64,000 nucleotides of DNA, from the NCBI GenBank assembly GCA_034433515.1, contig DAOUAL010000102.1:64556-128555 (forward strand), in the 5' to 3' direction. This document shows, piece by piece, positions 9,263 through 18,238 of the stretch. The translations under genes were made by a program, and so were the position numbers. The notes under the pieces were generated by a model. It was given only the letters and a program-made list of their open reading frames with translations. It was not told where the DNA came from and made no database searches. This stretch comes from Anaerolineae bacterium. GTDB taxonomy: Bacteria > Chloroflexota > Anaerolineae > UBA4142. Every line of letters begins with the position of its first letter. The stretch's first letter is position 1.

Positions 9263-10138
9263 ATGAAAATTGATGACGTAAAAAACATTGCCGTCATTGG
9301 TGCGGGCAATATGGGACACCAAATCGCGCTGTTGTGTGCAATGCATGGTTTCAAAACCACGTGCACCGATATCAAGCCAGAGATTTTGCAACAAGCGGAA
9401 GCGTTCGCAAATTCCTACTTGCCCGAGCGAGTCAAGAAAGGCAAACTGACCCAGGCGCAAGCCGAGCAAGCGCGGGCGAACATTTCATTCACGCCGAGTC
9501 TAGCCCAAGCCGTCCAAGACGCCGATTACGTCATCGAAGCCGTGGTCGAAGTACTGGAGGTCAAGCGCAAGGTCTTTGCCGATTTGGACAAACTCGCGCC
9601 ACCACACGCGATCCTCGCCACCAACAGTTCGTACATCGTCAGTTCGCGCATCGCCGACGTGACGCAACGACCCAGCAAGGTGCTCAACTTGCATTTCTTC
9701 AATCCCGCGCTGGTGATGAAGTTGGTCGAAGTGGTACAAGGTCCACACGTTTCGGACGAGAGCGCGCAGATTTCGCTCGCCTTGTGCGAACGGTTGGAAA
9801 AAATTGGCGTGCACCTCAAAAAAGAAGTCGAAGGTTTTTTGGTCAATCGTGTTCTGCGTGCCATCATTCGCGAATCGTTGTGGCTGTTGGAAATGGACGT
9901 CGCCAGTTATGCAGATATTGACCAAGCGCTGATCAACGGCATTGGTTTACCCATGGGCGCGTTCCGCTTGATGGATTTGACCGGCATTGACTTGGCATAC
10001 ATTCGCTCACTGGAACGCTTTCGCGAAACCGGCGATCTTGCCGATTTGCCGCCGCCCAGTCTGGTTGAACGCTACGTCAAGGGACACTATGGCCAAAAAA
10101 CCGGCAAGGGGTGGTACGATTATTCGGAGAAAAAGTAG
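9263..10138 (+). CDS. 3-hydroxyacyl-CoA (3-hydroxybutyryl-CoA) dehydrogenase
   Basis: RBS AGGAGGAAGCA then ATG. Rossmann motif IAVIGAGNMGHQIA, plus NSSYI...HFFNPALVMKLVEVV. Confidence 0.85.
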   Translation: MKIDDVKNIAVIGAGNMGHQIALLCAMHGFKTTCTDIKPEILQQAEAFANSYLPERVKKGKLTQAQAEQARANISFTPSLAQAVQDADYVIEAVVEVLEVKRKVFADLDKLAPPHAILATNSSYIVSSRIADVTQRPSKVLNLHFFNPALVMKLVEVVQGPHVSDESAQISLALCERLEKIGVHLKKEVEGFLVNRVLRAIIRESLWLLEMDVASYADIDQALINGIGLPMGAFRLMDLTGIDLAYIRSLERFRETGDLADLPPPSLVERYVKGHYGQKTGKGWYDYSEKK

Positions 10139-10172
10139 CACGTGTTCATAGGTTTATGAAAGAAAGGAACAT

Positions 10173-11642
10173 ATGCGCACGAAACAACAATACATCGCCG
10201 GGTTGAGCAAGATGCGCCGCAATCTGTACCTGAACGGCGAAAAGATTGATCGCACTGATGAATTGCTCGAACCCACACTCAACACCATCGGACTCACTTT
10301 TGAGTACGCCGAAAAGCCTGAATACCAAGAGTGGTGTACCGCCACGTCGCATCTCACCGGCGAAAAGATCAATCGTTTTACGCACATTCACCACAGCACC
10401 GACGATTTGCACAAAAAGCAAGACCTGACGCGCATGCTGTGCCAGATCGCTGGCGGCTGCATTCAACGCTGTATGGGCGTGGATGCGGCGAACGCGATTT
10501 ACAACGCCTCGTACGAAGCCGACAAGGCAAACGATGGGGCGACCGAGTATCACAAGAATTTTATCGAATGGTTGAAACGCTTTCAGCGCGAAGATTGGGT
10601 GGGCTGTTGCGCACAAACCGATGTCAAAGGCGATCGGATGAAACGCCCCTCGCAACAACGCGATCCCGATTTGTACGTTCGCGTCGTGGAGAAAAAGAGC
10701 GATGGCATTGTCGTGCGCGGTGCCAAGGTGCACAATTCCGAAGCCGCCGTCGCCGATGAAATCTTGGTCGTGCCCACACGCGCGCTCTTGCCGGAAGAAT
10801 CCGCTTGGGCTGTCGCGTTTGCCATTCCCGGCGATTGGGAGGGGGTCAAGCAAGTCGTCTCGGTTCACAATCTGCGCGAACGCAAATACTTCAAGCGTGG
10901 CTTTACGCCCGGCGCGTGCGATTCGTACACGATCTTTGAGGATGCCTTTATCCCTTGGGAGCGCGTCTTTTTGTGCGGTGAAACGTTGCACGGTGGTGCG
11001 TGCGCGTTGTTGTTCGCGCTGTTCCATCGTCATTCGTACTCCGGCTGCAAGCCAGCGATGGGGGATTTGATGCTGGGCGCGGTCGCGCTCGCGGCGGAAT
11101 ACAACGGCATCGCCAAAGCCGCGCACGTGCGCGACAAGTTGGCAGAGATCATTCGCGTCAGCGAGTTGGGCTATGCGGCTGGGTTCACCGCATCGGCGTT
11201 GGGCAAGCCGGAAGTGTACGTGCCGGGCATCGGCTTTGTGCCGTACGGACCGGGCAGTTACATTCCACATTCGATTTATGCGAACGTGGGGCGCGCGCTC
11301 ACCGGCGAAGCGGTCTTTCATGAAGCAGAAATTCTCTGCGATGTCTCTGGCGGCATCCCAGCCACATTTCCGTACGAAGGCGATTTTGTCAATCCGGAAA
11401 CCAAGGATTTGTTAAACAAGTACATTAGGCGCAATCCCGACATTCCACCGGAAGACGCCGCACAGTTGTGGCGCTACATCGGCGATGTGTTGTGTTCAGC
11501 AACGGCGGGCGTGCATCTCTTTGGTGCGTATCATGGCGGCGGCTCGCCGATTATGGAGAACATTGCGATCACGACGCAGTACGACATCGAAGCGCGGAAA
11601 AAGATGGTAAAGCGATTGGCAGGGATTCCGGAGCGAGATTAA
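10173..11642 (+). CDS. 4-hydroxybutyryl-CoA dehydratase / vinylacetyl-CoA isomerase-like protein (AbfD/HpaB fold), copy 1
   Basis: 489 aa. It has GGC-IQR-CMG (Cys96/Cys100, CxxxC) and FHRHSYSGCK (His and Cys 7 residues apart). This matches the Cys99/Cys103/His292/Cys299 [4Fe-4S] ligand pattern known from Clostridium aminobutyricum AbfD. Confidence 0.75.
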   Translation: MRTKQQYIAGLSKMRRNLYLNGEKIDRTDELLEPTLNTIGLTFEYAEKPEYQEWCTATSHLTGEKINRFTHIHHSTDDLHKKQDLTRMLCQIAGGCIQRCMGVDAANAIYNASYEADKANDGATEYHKNFIEWLKRFQREDWVGCCAQTDVKGDRMKRPSQQRDPDLYVRVVEKKSDGIVVRGAKVHNSEAAVADEILVVPTRALLPEESAWAVAFAIPGDWEGVKQVVSVHNLRERKYFKRGFTPGACDSYTIFEDAFIPWERVFLCGETLHGGACALLFALFHRHSYSGCKPAMGDLMLGAVALAAEYNGIAKAAHVRDKLAEIIRVSELGYAAGFTASALGKPEVYVPGIGFVPYGPGSYIPHSIYANVGRALTGEAVFHEAEILCDVSGGIPATFPYEGDFVNPETKDLLNKYIRRNPDIPPEDAAQLWRYIGDVLCSATAGVHLFGAYHGGGSPIMENIAITTQYDIEARKKMVKRLAGIPERD

Positions 11643-11648
11643 CTTGGG

Positions 11649-11742
11649 TGTCATTGCGAGCTGCACAGCGGCGAAGCAATCCCCAACGAGCCGATTGGAC
11701 GCGCACACGGCTTCGTTGCAGAAACCGCACCTCGCAATGACA
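11649..11742. repeat. Family A palindromic element, second copy (TGTCATTGCGAG...CGAAGCAATCCCC...CTCGCAATGACA)
   Basis: It shares the TGTCAT[CT]GCGAG terminus and the CGAAGC[CA]ATCCCC block with 3263-3346. It fills the gap between abfD-like 1 and the next gene, and explains the spurious N-terminal extension of track ORF 11644. Confidence 0.6.
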
Positions 11743-11757
11743 CGGCGGGAGAAGGGA

Positions 11758-12621
11758 ATGGAACGCGTACTAGTCGTCGGCGCCGGCTTTATGGGCACCG
11801 GCATTGCGCAAGTGTGCGCTCAAGCCGGGTATCCAGTCAACCTGATGGACATTGCTCCATCAGCGCTCGAGCACGCAATCAAGGAAATAACTTGGTCGGT
11901 TGAAAAATTATCGGCGAAAGGCATGCTCACAGAATCGCCCCCACAAGTACTCGCACGGATTTCCATCGAAAAAGATTTGACGTGCGCTCAACAAGCCGCT
12001 TGGGTCATCGAAGCGGCGGTGGAAGAAGAGCCCGTCAAGCGCGACATCTTTCGTGAACTTGACCGCGTTACACGACCAGAGACCCTGCTTGCCACCAACA
12101 CATCGTCCATTCCGATCACGCGTCTCGCCGCGAGCACCACGCATCCTGAACGCGTCTTGGGGTTGCATTTCTTTGGTCCCGTACCGTTGATGCGTTTGGT
12201 CGAAGTGATCAAAGGCGAACAGACGAGTTCGGAAATTTTTGAGCGTGGCGTGGCATTTGTGCAATCGTTGGGCAAAACGCCGCTGCGCGTGCAACGCGAC
12301 GTGCCCGGCTTTGTGATGAATCGGATTTTTTCTGCCGCGTTCCGCGAAGCCATCGCCTTGGTCGAGCAAGGCATCGCAACGGTGGAAGAGATTGACCTGG
12401 GTATGCGGCTGGGTTATGGTTGGAGTGCGGGACCGTTTGAAATCGCCGATCTGGCGGGATTGGATACGGTAGCACGCGTAGGCAAAAGTTTGCAAGCGTT
12501 AGGCGCGGATCATTTGGCTCACCAATCGCAATTGATCGAGCAAATGATTGCCGCCGGAAAACTAGGTCGCAAAGCGGGACAAGGTTTTTATCGTTATTCA
12601 GCGGAAGGGAAACGCATCTAG
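11758..12621 (+). CDS. 3-hydroxyacyl-CoA dehydrogenase, second paralogue
   Basis: MERVLVVGAGFMGTGIAQV..., TNTSSIPI, HFFGPVPLMRLVEVI. The start is moved to ATG 11758, downstream of the repeat element. Confidence 0.85.
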   Translation: MERVLVVGAGFMGTGIAQVCAQAGYPVNLMDIAPSALEHAIKEITWSVEKLSAKGMLTESPPQVLARISIEKDLTCAQQAAWVIEAAVEEEPVKRDIFRELDRVTRPETLLATNTSSIPITRLAASTTHPERVLGLHFFGPVPLMRLVEVIKGEQTSSEIFERGVAFVQSLGKTPLRVQRDVPGFVMNRIFSAAFREAIALVEQGIATVEEIDLGMRLGYGWSAGPFEIADLAGLDTVARVGKSLQALGADHLAHQSQLIEQMIAAGKLGRKAGQGFYRYSAEGKRI

Positions 12622-12672
12622 TTCACCGGGCGCGCTTGCGTGATGAATCGCGCACTGCAAACTGGAGAAAAA

Positions 12673-13875
12673 ATGCGTGAGGTAGTTATTGCGGGTTATC
12701 TGCGAACGGCTCAATCGCGCTCACGTCCCAACGAACCTGCGCGCGATTGGTTTGGACAAATTCGAGCGGATGAATTGTTGGCGCGCCTTTTGCCGGAACT
12801 CATCCAACGCACCGGCATCAACGCCGAAGCGATTGACGATTTTATCGTCGGTTCGGCAAGAGGTGTGGCGGAGCAGTGGAGTTACGGTGGTCGCCTGCCG
12901 ATCTTTCTTGCGAATCTGCCACACACGATTGCCGCGAAATTCGTTGACCAACAATGCGGCTCGGCGATGGCGGGGATTCACATCGGCTTTATGGAGATTG
13001 CAATGGAATTCGCCGATATTGTGATGGTCGGCGGAATGGAACATATGACGCGCGTGCCGATGGGTCCAACGCTGCGTGAAAAAGGCATCATTGTAACCAA
13101 TCCACGTTTGACAAGCGATCCAATTTATCAGCACTGGGATATAACAACGGCGATGAATATGGGGCTCACTGCCGAAAAACTTTTTGCGCAGACCGGGTTT
13201 ACACGTGAAGACCTGGATCGCTGGGGGGCACGTTCGCATCAACTCGCCACGCGCGCATACAAGGAAGGATTCTTCAAAGACGAAATCCTGCCGATAGAAG
13301 TCGAACAAGCCGATGGCAAGAAAATGATCGTGGATCGCGATCAATCGGTGCGCGAGGATGCGACGGTCGAAGGAATGCGCGATCTCAAACCAGCGTTCAA
13401 ACCGGACGGCGTGATCACCGCCGGCAATTCTTCGCCCCTGAATGCGGGCGCAACCGCGATGATTCTGATGTCAAAGGAGGTCGCCAAGGAAAAAGGGATC
13501 CAGCCGCTGGCAACCATTCGCTCCCTTGGTTTTGCCGGCGTTGACCCGACGATTATGGGTGTGGGACCCGTACCCGCAAGTCGCAAAGCGTTGGCAAAAG
13601 CCGGGTTGCAAGTGAGCGATATTGATTATTGGGAAATCAACGAAGCGTTTTGCATCGTCGTGCTGCATTGCATCAAGGAACTAGGCATCCATCCTGATCG
13701 CGTGAATGTGATGGGCGGCGGCACCGCGATTGGACATCCGCTGGGCGCGACCGGCATTCGTCTGGTGGGAACACTTGCACGCATCCTTCAAGTCAAAGGA
13801 GGACGCTACGGCTTGGCAACTGCCTGCGTCGGCGGCGGACAGGGTGTGGCAACCATTATCGAACGAGAAATGTGA
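12673..13875 (+). CDS. Acetyl-CoA C-acyltransferase (thiolase)
   Basis: RBS GGAG then ATG 12673. Contains VDQQCGSAMAG (active-site Cys region), NEAFCIVV, GGGTAIGHPLGATG and ATACVGGGQGVA. Confidence 0.9.
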   Translation: MREVVIAGYLRTAQSRSRPNEPARDWFGQIRADELLARLLPELIQRTGINAEAIDDFIVGSARGVAEQWSYGGRLPIFLANLPHTIAAKFVDQQCGSAMAGIHIGFMEIAMEFADIVMVGGMEHMTRVPMGPTLREKGIIVTNPRLTSDPIYQHWDITTAMNMGLTAEKLFAQTGFTREDLDRWGARSHQLATRAYKEGFFKDEILPIEVEQADGKKMIVDRDQSVREDATVEGMRDLKPAFKPDGVITAGNSSPLNAGATAMILMSKEVAKEKGIQPLATIRSLGFAGVDPTIMGVGPVPASRKALAKAGLQVSDIDYWEINEAFCIVVLHCIKELGIHPDRVNVMGGGTAIGHPLGATGIRLVGTLARILQVKGGRYGLATACVGGGQGVATIIEREM

Positions 13876-13876
13876 C

Positions 13877-14057
13877 GAGTTGCTCATTCGCCATTGATGC
13901 ACCAACGGTCGGATGAAAATGGACCACGCGTCGGACAAATTTCAAATTTGTCCCACATTTTCGGGGGAGTTGCTCATTCGCCGTTGGCGCGCACCCGTAG
14001 GCAGATAAAAAATGAAACGCGTCGGACAAATTTCAAATTTGTCCCACATTTTCGAAG
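13877..14057. repeat. Two tandem ~90-bp units, each carrying a perfect 21-bp palindrome GGACAAATTTCAAATTTGTCC
   Basis: Both units start GAGTTGCTCATTCGCC (13877 and 13967). An identical 38-nt core ACGCGTCGGACAAATTTCAAATTTGTCCCACATTTTCG lies at 13926-13963 and 14017-14054. The second copy abuts the RBS of the hydrolase gene. Confidence 0.8.
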
Positions 14058-14065
14058 GAGGAAAC

Positions 14066-14863
14066 ATGCCTACCACACAAGTTGGATTGCACACGGTGTA
14101 CTATGACGACTATGGCGCGGGTCATCCGCTGATTCTCATCAGCGGGTTGGGAAGCACGCGCTTGGGATGGTGGAAACAGATCGAGCCGTTCTCGAAAAAA
14201 TTCCGCGTCATCACCCCGGACAATCGCGATGCGGGCGATAGTGCGCTCGGCACCGGTCCGTACACGATTGCCGATATGGCAGAGGATGTCGCCGGCGTCA
14301 TCAAAAATCTGAACCTGGGTCGCGCGCACATCTGCGGCATTTCGATGGGCGGGATGATTGCGCAAGAGTTGGCGATTCGTCATCCCGATCTCGTGGACAA
14401 ATTGGTGCTGGTGGCAACCACGGCAGGGGGACCGACCGCGGTGAACGCCAAACCGGAAATCGCGGCATTGCTGATGCGCACGGATGATGACATCGAGACG
14501 CGCGTGCGGAGAACGTTCACGACGATTGCCGGGGCAGGATATATGGCCGCACATCCCCAAGACCTCGATCAGATCGTCCAGCACGCGCTTGCCAAGCCAA
14601 TGTCACTCGAATCGTATCAGCGGCAATTGGGCGCATGTATGATTCATTTCCAAATGGGGACGGCGAATCGTCTCGCGCAAATCACCGCACCAACGCTCGT
14701 CATTCACGGCGATGACGATCCGCTCATTCCGTATCCGAACGGAGAATTGCTTGCTGAACATATCCCGGGCGCACGCCTGTCCACGTATCCCGGGGTCGGT
14801 CACCTTGTACCGATTGAGGCAGCCGAGTGCTTTAATCGCGAAGTGATCGAGTTTTTGGAATAG
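14066..14863 (+). CDS. Alpha/beta-fold hydrolase
   Basis: RBS GAAGGAGG then ATG 14066. Contains [10 protein letters not shown], nucleophile elbow GISMGG, and C-terminal GVGHLVPIE. Confidence 0.8.
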   Translation: MPTTQVGLHTVYYDDYGAGHPLILISGLGSTRLGWWKQIEPFSKKFRVITPDNRDAGDSALGTGPYTIADMAEDVAGVIKNLNLGRAHICGISMGGMIAQELAIRHPDLVDKLVLVATTAGGPTAVNAKPEIAALLMRTDDDIETRVRRTFTTIAGAGYMAAHPQDLDQIVQHALAKPMSLESYQRQLGACMIHFQMGTANRLAQITAPTLVIHGDDDPLIPYPNGELLAEHIPGARLSTYPGVGHLVPIEAAECFNREVIEFLE

Positions 14864-14927
14864 CCCAGACCGCGCCGGTTTCCCAAAACCTGACCGGTCT
14901 TCAAATCTTTTGGAGGCAAAATCAAAA

Positions 14928-16067
14928 ATGGTAGATTTCAAATTGACCGAAGAACAAAAGCGACTGCGTGAGCTCGCGCGCGAATTTGCACAGAAGGAAA
15001 TCGTGCCGGTCGCCGCCGAATTGGATCGCGAACAAAAATTCTCGCAAGAGATCGTGGACAAGTATTTCAAGATCGGCTTGCTGCATGGCGCGGTGCCAGA
15101 GGAATACGGCGGTGGCGGGTTGAGCAGTCTCGATAGTTGCATTGTTGCCGAAGAGTTGGGAGCGGCATGCGCGGGCGTGGCATCGTACCTGGGTGCGAAT
15201 CATTTGGGCTTGACGCCGCTCTTGATCGCGGGTAGTCCAGAATTGAAAAAGGAACTCTTGACCAAGCACTGTGCGGGACCCAACTTGGCGGCATTTTGTT
15301 TGACGGAGCCAGGCGCGGGTTCGGATGTTGCTTCGATGCGCTCCACCGCTCGACTCGACGGCGATGAATGGGTCATCCAAGGCACCAAACATTTCATCAC
15401 GAATGGCGGCGTTGCCAGTTTGTATTCCGTCTTTGCGAGCGAGGACTTGAGTGCGGGGCATCGCGGGATTTCATGTTTTATGGTCCCGGCAGACACCCCT
15501 GGCATTTCGCGCGGCAAGAAAGAAGACAAGATGGGTCAGCGCGCTGCGGACACGCGCGAAGTGATTTTTGAAAATGTGCGTGTGCCGGCACGCTACCGGC
15601 TGGGCAAAGGACGCGATGGGTTCAAGATCGCGATGATGACGCTCGATGATTCGCGCGCGGGTGTGGGCGCGGCGGCAGTGGGAATTGCGCGTGCCGCGCT
15701 TGAAGCGGCAATTGCGTACGCAAAACAGCGGGTACAGTTTGGCAAACCGATCGCCGAGTTGCAGGGCATTCAGTTCATGCTCGCCGATATGGCCATGCGC
15801 GTCGAAGCGGCGCGGTTGCTGGTTTGGCAAGCGGCGTATCTCCACGACCAAGGTTTGCGCAACACCAAAGAATCGGCGATTGCCAAATGTTTTGCCGGCG
15901 ATACCGCGATGCAAGTCGCCACCGATGCCGTCCAAGTGCTGGGCGGCTATGGGTATATGAAGGATTACCCGGTCGAAAAATATATGCGCGATGCCAAACT
16001 GCATCAAATTTACGAAGGCACGAACCAGATTCAACGCTTGGTCATTGCCAACGAATTGTTGCGCTAA
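14928..16067 (+). CDS. Acyl-CoA dehydrogenase (short/medium-chain type)
   Basis: RBS GGAGG then ATG 14928. Contains [11 protein letters not shown] and [39 protein letters not shown]. Confidence 0.9.
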   Translation: MVDFKLTEEQKRLRELAREFAQKEIVPVAAELDREQKFSQEIVDKYFKIGLLHGAVPEEYGGGGLSSLDSCIVAEELGAACAGVASYLGANHLGLTPLLIAGSPELKKELLTKHCAGPNLAAFCLTEPGAGSDVASMRSTARLDGDEWVIQGTKHFITNGGVASLYSVFASEDLSAGHRGISCFMVPADTPGISRGKKEDKMGQRAADTREVIFENVRVPARYRLGKGRDGFKIAMMTLDDSRAGVGAAAVGIARAALEAAIAYAKQRVQFGKPIAELQGIQFMLADMAMRVEAARLLVWQAAYLHDQGLRNTKESAIAKCFAGDTAMQVATDAVQVLGGYGYMKDYPVEKYMRDAKLHQIYEGTNQIQRLVIANELLR

Positions 16068-16127
16068 TCGCAGCCCCGATCCTTGCGCGCGTACGTCGCA
16101 ATGACTGCGGCGGAAAAGAGAGTCCGT

Positions 16128-17636
16128 ATGAAAACTGCTCAAGAGTTTGTTACTAGCGTGCGCGGACTGGCATCCCAGGTTTACGTGCTGGGTGACCCCG
16201 TTGCCGATCCGCTCACGCATCCCATCCTGCGTCCCAGTCTCAACGCCCTCGCGATGACGTATCAACTCGCGCACGATGATTCTGCAATCGCTTTGATGCA
16301 AACGCGCTCCTCGCTCGATGGACGCCCGATCAACTGTTTCACCAGCATTCATCGGAGTCCCGAGGATTTGGTACGCAAGGTGCAAGCGCTACGACGTTTG
16401 GGACAGGAGACCGGCACGTGCTTTCAACGCTGTGTGGGCTGGGATGCGCTGAATGCGCTTTACAGCACCACGTTTGAGATAGATCAAGCCAAAGGCACCT
16501 CGTACCACAAACGTTTCTTGGATTATCTCAAGTCCGTGCAAGAAAACGATTGGGTGCTGAACGGCGCGATGACCGATGTGAAGGGGGATCGCAGTAAACG
16601 CCCCTCCGAGCAAGCCGACCCGGATTTGTTCGTCCACGTCGTCGAGCGGCAACGTAATGGTATCATCGTGCGCGGCGCCAAAGCGCATCAGACCGGTGCT
16701 GTCTTTTCGCACGAAATCGTCGTAATGCCCACGCTCGCGTTGCGGAGTTCAGAAAGCGATTACGCGCTCGCCTTTGCGATTCCGGTCAATACGCCCGGCG
16801 TGATCCATATCGTTGGGCGCCAAGCGTCCGATACGCGCAAACTCGAAGGGACCACGTTCGATGTGGGCAACGTGCGCTTTGGCGGACACGAAGTGTTAGT
16901 GATCTTGGATAACGTCTTTGTGCCCTGGGAGCGCGTCTTTATGTGCGGCGAGTACGAATTCGCCGGGATGCTCGTGGAACGCTTTGCCGGCTATCATCGG
17001 CAAAGTTACGGCGGGTGCAAAGCCGGCGTGGGCGATGTGCTCATCGGCGCGACGGCGACGGCAGCGGAGTATGCTGGCGTGGCGGAGGCGGCACACGTCA
17101 AGCGCAAGATCGGCGAGATGATTCATCTCAACGAGACGCTCTATGCCTGCGGCATTGCGTGTTCGCATTTGAGCCAGCCCACCGCTTCGGGAGTCTATCT
17201 GGTAGATTTGTTGCTCGCGAATGTCTGCAAGCAAAATGTAACGCGCTTTCCGTACGAAATCGCCCGCCTCGCCGAAGACATTGCCGGCGGCTTGATGGTC
17301 ACGATGCCCTCGAAAAAAGATTGGGACAATCCGCGCCTGCGACCGTACATCGAAAAATATCTCAAGGGCGTTGCTGAGGTGCCGACTGAGGATCGTCTGC
17401 GCATCTTGCGTCTCATCGAAAATTTCACGCTAGGCACGGCTGCCGTCGCGTATCGCACCGAATCCATGCACGGCGCGGGTTCGCCGGAAGCCCAAGTGAT
17501 CATGATCGCACGGCAAAGCAATCTGGCGCAGAAAAAAGAATGGGCGAAAAAATTGGCAGGGATTATTCCCGACTGGGATGACGTGCGCGGGTGGCTCGCC
17601 AAAGAAATGGCAGAGACTCAAGCATCGTTGAATTGA
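16128..17636 (+). CDS. 4-hydroxybutyryl-CoA dehydratase-like protein, copy 2
   Basis: ~502 aa from ATG 16128. It keeps TC-FQR-CVG and YHRQSYGGCK, the same ligand spacing as copy 1. It is colinear with copy 1 but diverged. Confidence 0.75.
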   Translation: MKTAQEFVTSVRGLASQVYVLGDPVADPLTHPILRPSLNALAMTYQLAHDDSAIALMQTRSSLDGRPINCFTSIHRSPEDLVRKVQALRRLGQETGTCFQRCVGWDALNALYSTTFEIDQAKGTSYHKRFLDYLKSVQENDWVLNGAMTDVKGDRSKRPSEQADPDLFVHVVERQRNGIIVRGAKAHQTGAVFSHEIVVMPTLALRSSESDYALAFAIPVNTPGVIHIVGRQASDTRKLEGTTFDVGNVRFGGHEVLVILDNVFVPWERVFMCGEYEFAGMLVERFAGYHRQSYGGCKAGVGDVLIGATATAAEYAGVAEAAHVKRKIGEMIHLNETLYACGIACSHLSQPTASGVYLVDLLLANVCKQNVTRFPYEIARLAEDIAGGLMVTMPSKKDWDNPRLRPYIEKYLKGVAEVPTEDRLRILRLIENFTLGTAAVAYRTESMHGAGSPEAQVIMIARQSNLAQKKEWAKKLAGIIPDWDDVRGWLAKEMAETQASLN

Positions 17637-17645
17637 GAGACCCAG

Positions 17646-17739
17646 ATGCGCCAAGCTGTCATCGTGGACGCGGTGCGAACGCCGGTCGGGCGGTACAGTG
17701 GCGCGCTCAAACAAGTGCGCCCCGATGATCTTGCCGCTT
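17646..17739 (+). pseudogene. 5' stub (~31 codons) of a second thiolase gene
   Basis: MRQAVIVDAVRTPVGRYSGALKQVRPDDLAA is a canonical thiolase N-terminus. After ~17739 the reading frame turns into non-protein-like sequence. Confidence 0.6.
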
Positions 17740-17883
17740 CCCCAGACTTGGCACATACGCATCCTTATGCCCCAGAAACGCGGACATGTGTGCTAAAATT
17801 GCTCGATTATTTTGGAACCCCGTCGTTGTTGGGCAAAATTCCCACATTCCCTGTTTTGGAATCACGGGAATTTTGCCCCAAAG

Positions 17884-18100
17884 TTAGGTCTGACGAAATG
17901 CCAGTACGTTTGCCAGCGCAAACCGTTTCCACCAAAAGGCGGCGACCGTGGCGGAAGCGGCGGGCGGTAGCGCTGTCGCCATACCCTTGCCACCGAGCCA
18001 AGCGGTTTTGAATCGAATCATAGGAACGACATCGCTTTGGGAAGTGGCGTTTCAAGAATCACGCGTGATCCTACCGAGCCAAGGCTCAAGATATTGGAAT
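17884..18100 (-). mobile_element. Possible degenerate IS5-family (IS903-group-like) transposase C-terminal remnant, frameshifted
   Basis: Minus-strand fragments ...GSRVILET... and, in another frame, PMIRFKTAWLGGKGMATALPPAASATVAAF...ALANVL* resemble from memory the IS903-type ending RRSLAETAMYRFKxLFGxKLSAR...AALNRM. The similarity is weak, it was not verified by search, and no terminal inverted repeats were identified. Confidence 0.3.
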
Positions 18101-18238
18101 GGCTCTTCAAGGGCGTGTGGACCAATCCAGTGGTAGTTCGATCAGGAACATCTCAACCTCCCCAGTCCCTGAACGTCCCCAGTTGCTGGTGAAAAGGATG
18201 CGTGTCAAATCGGGATTGGTACTGGCGTGTGGCTCCGC

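Noticed and set aside
17890-17970. + strand reading …MPVRLPAQTVSTKRRRPWRKRR… resembling the N-terminal DUF4096/IS5-type motif LP..FPPWQTVYYYFRRWRK.
   Set aside because: It occupies the same DNA as the minus-strand IS903-like C-terminal match, and both cannot be true. The minus-strand match (RFK…G.K…A…ALN) is longer. Neither was verified, so only a low-confidence remnant is reported.
18107-18238. Initially read as the DDE-region end of an IS630-like transposase (…SNWGRSG…FLIELPLDWS… resembling AGWHRS…LPPYSP).
   Set aside because: The segment is in the same frame as, and directly continues, the lipoprotein ORF after its TGA. It reads like a propeller C-terminus (AEPHAS…RILFTSNWG). The IS630 resemblance was superficial.
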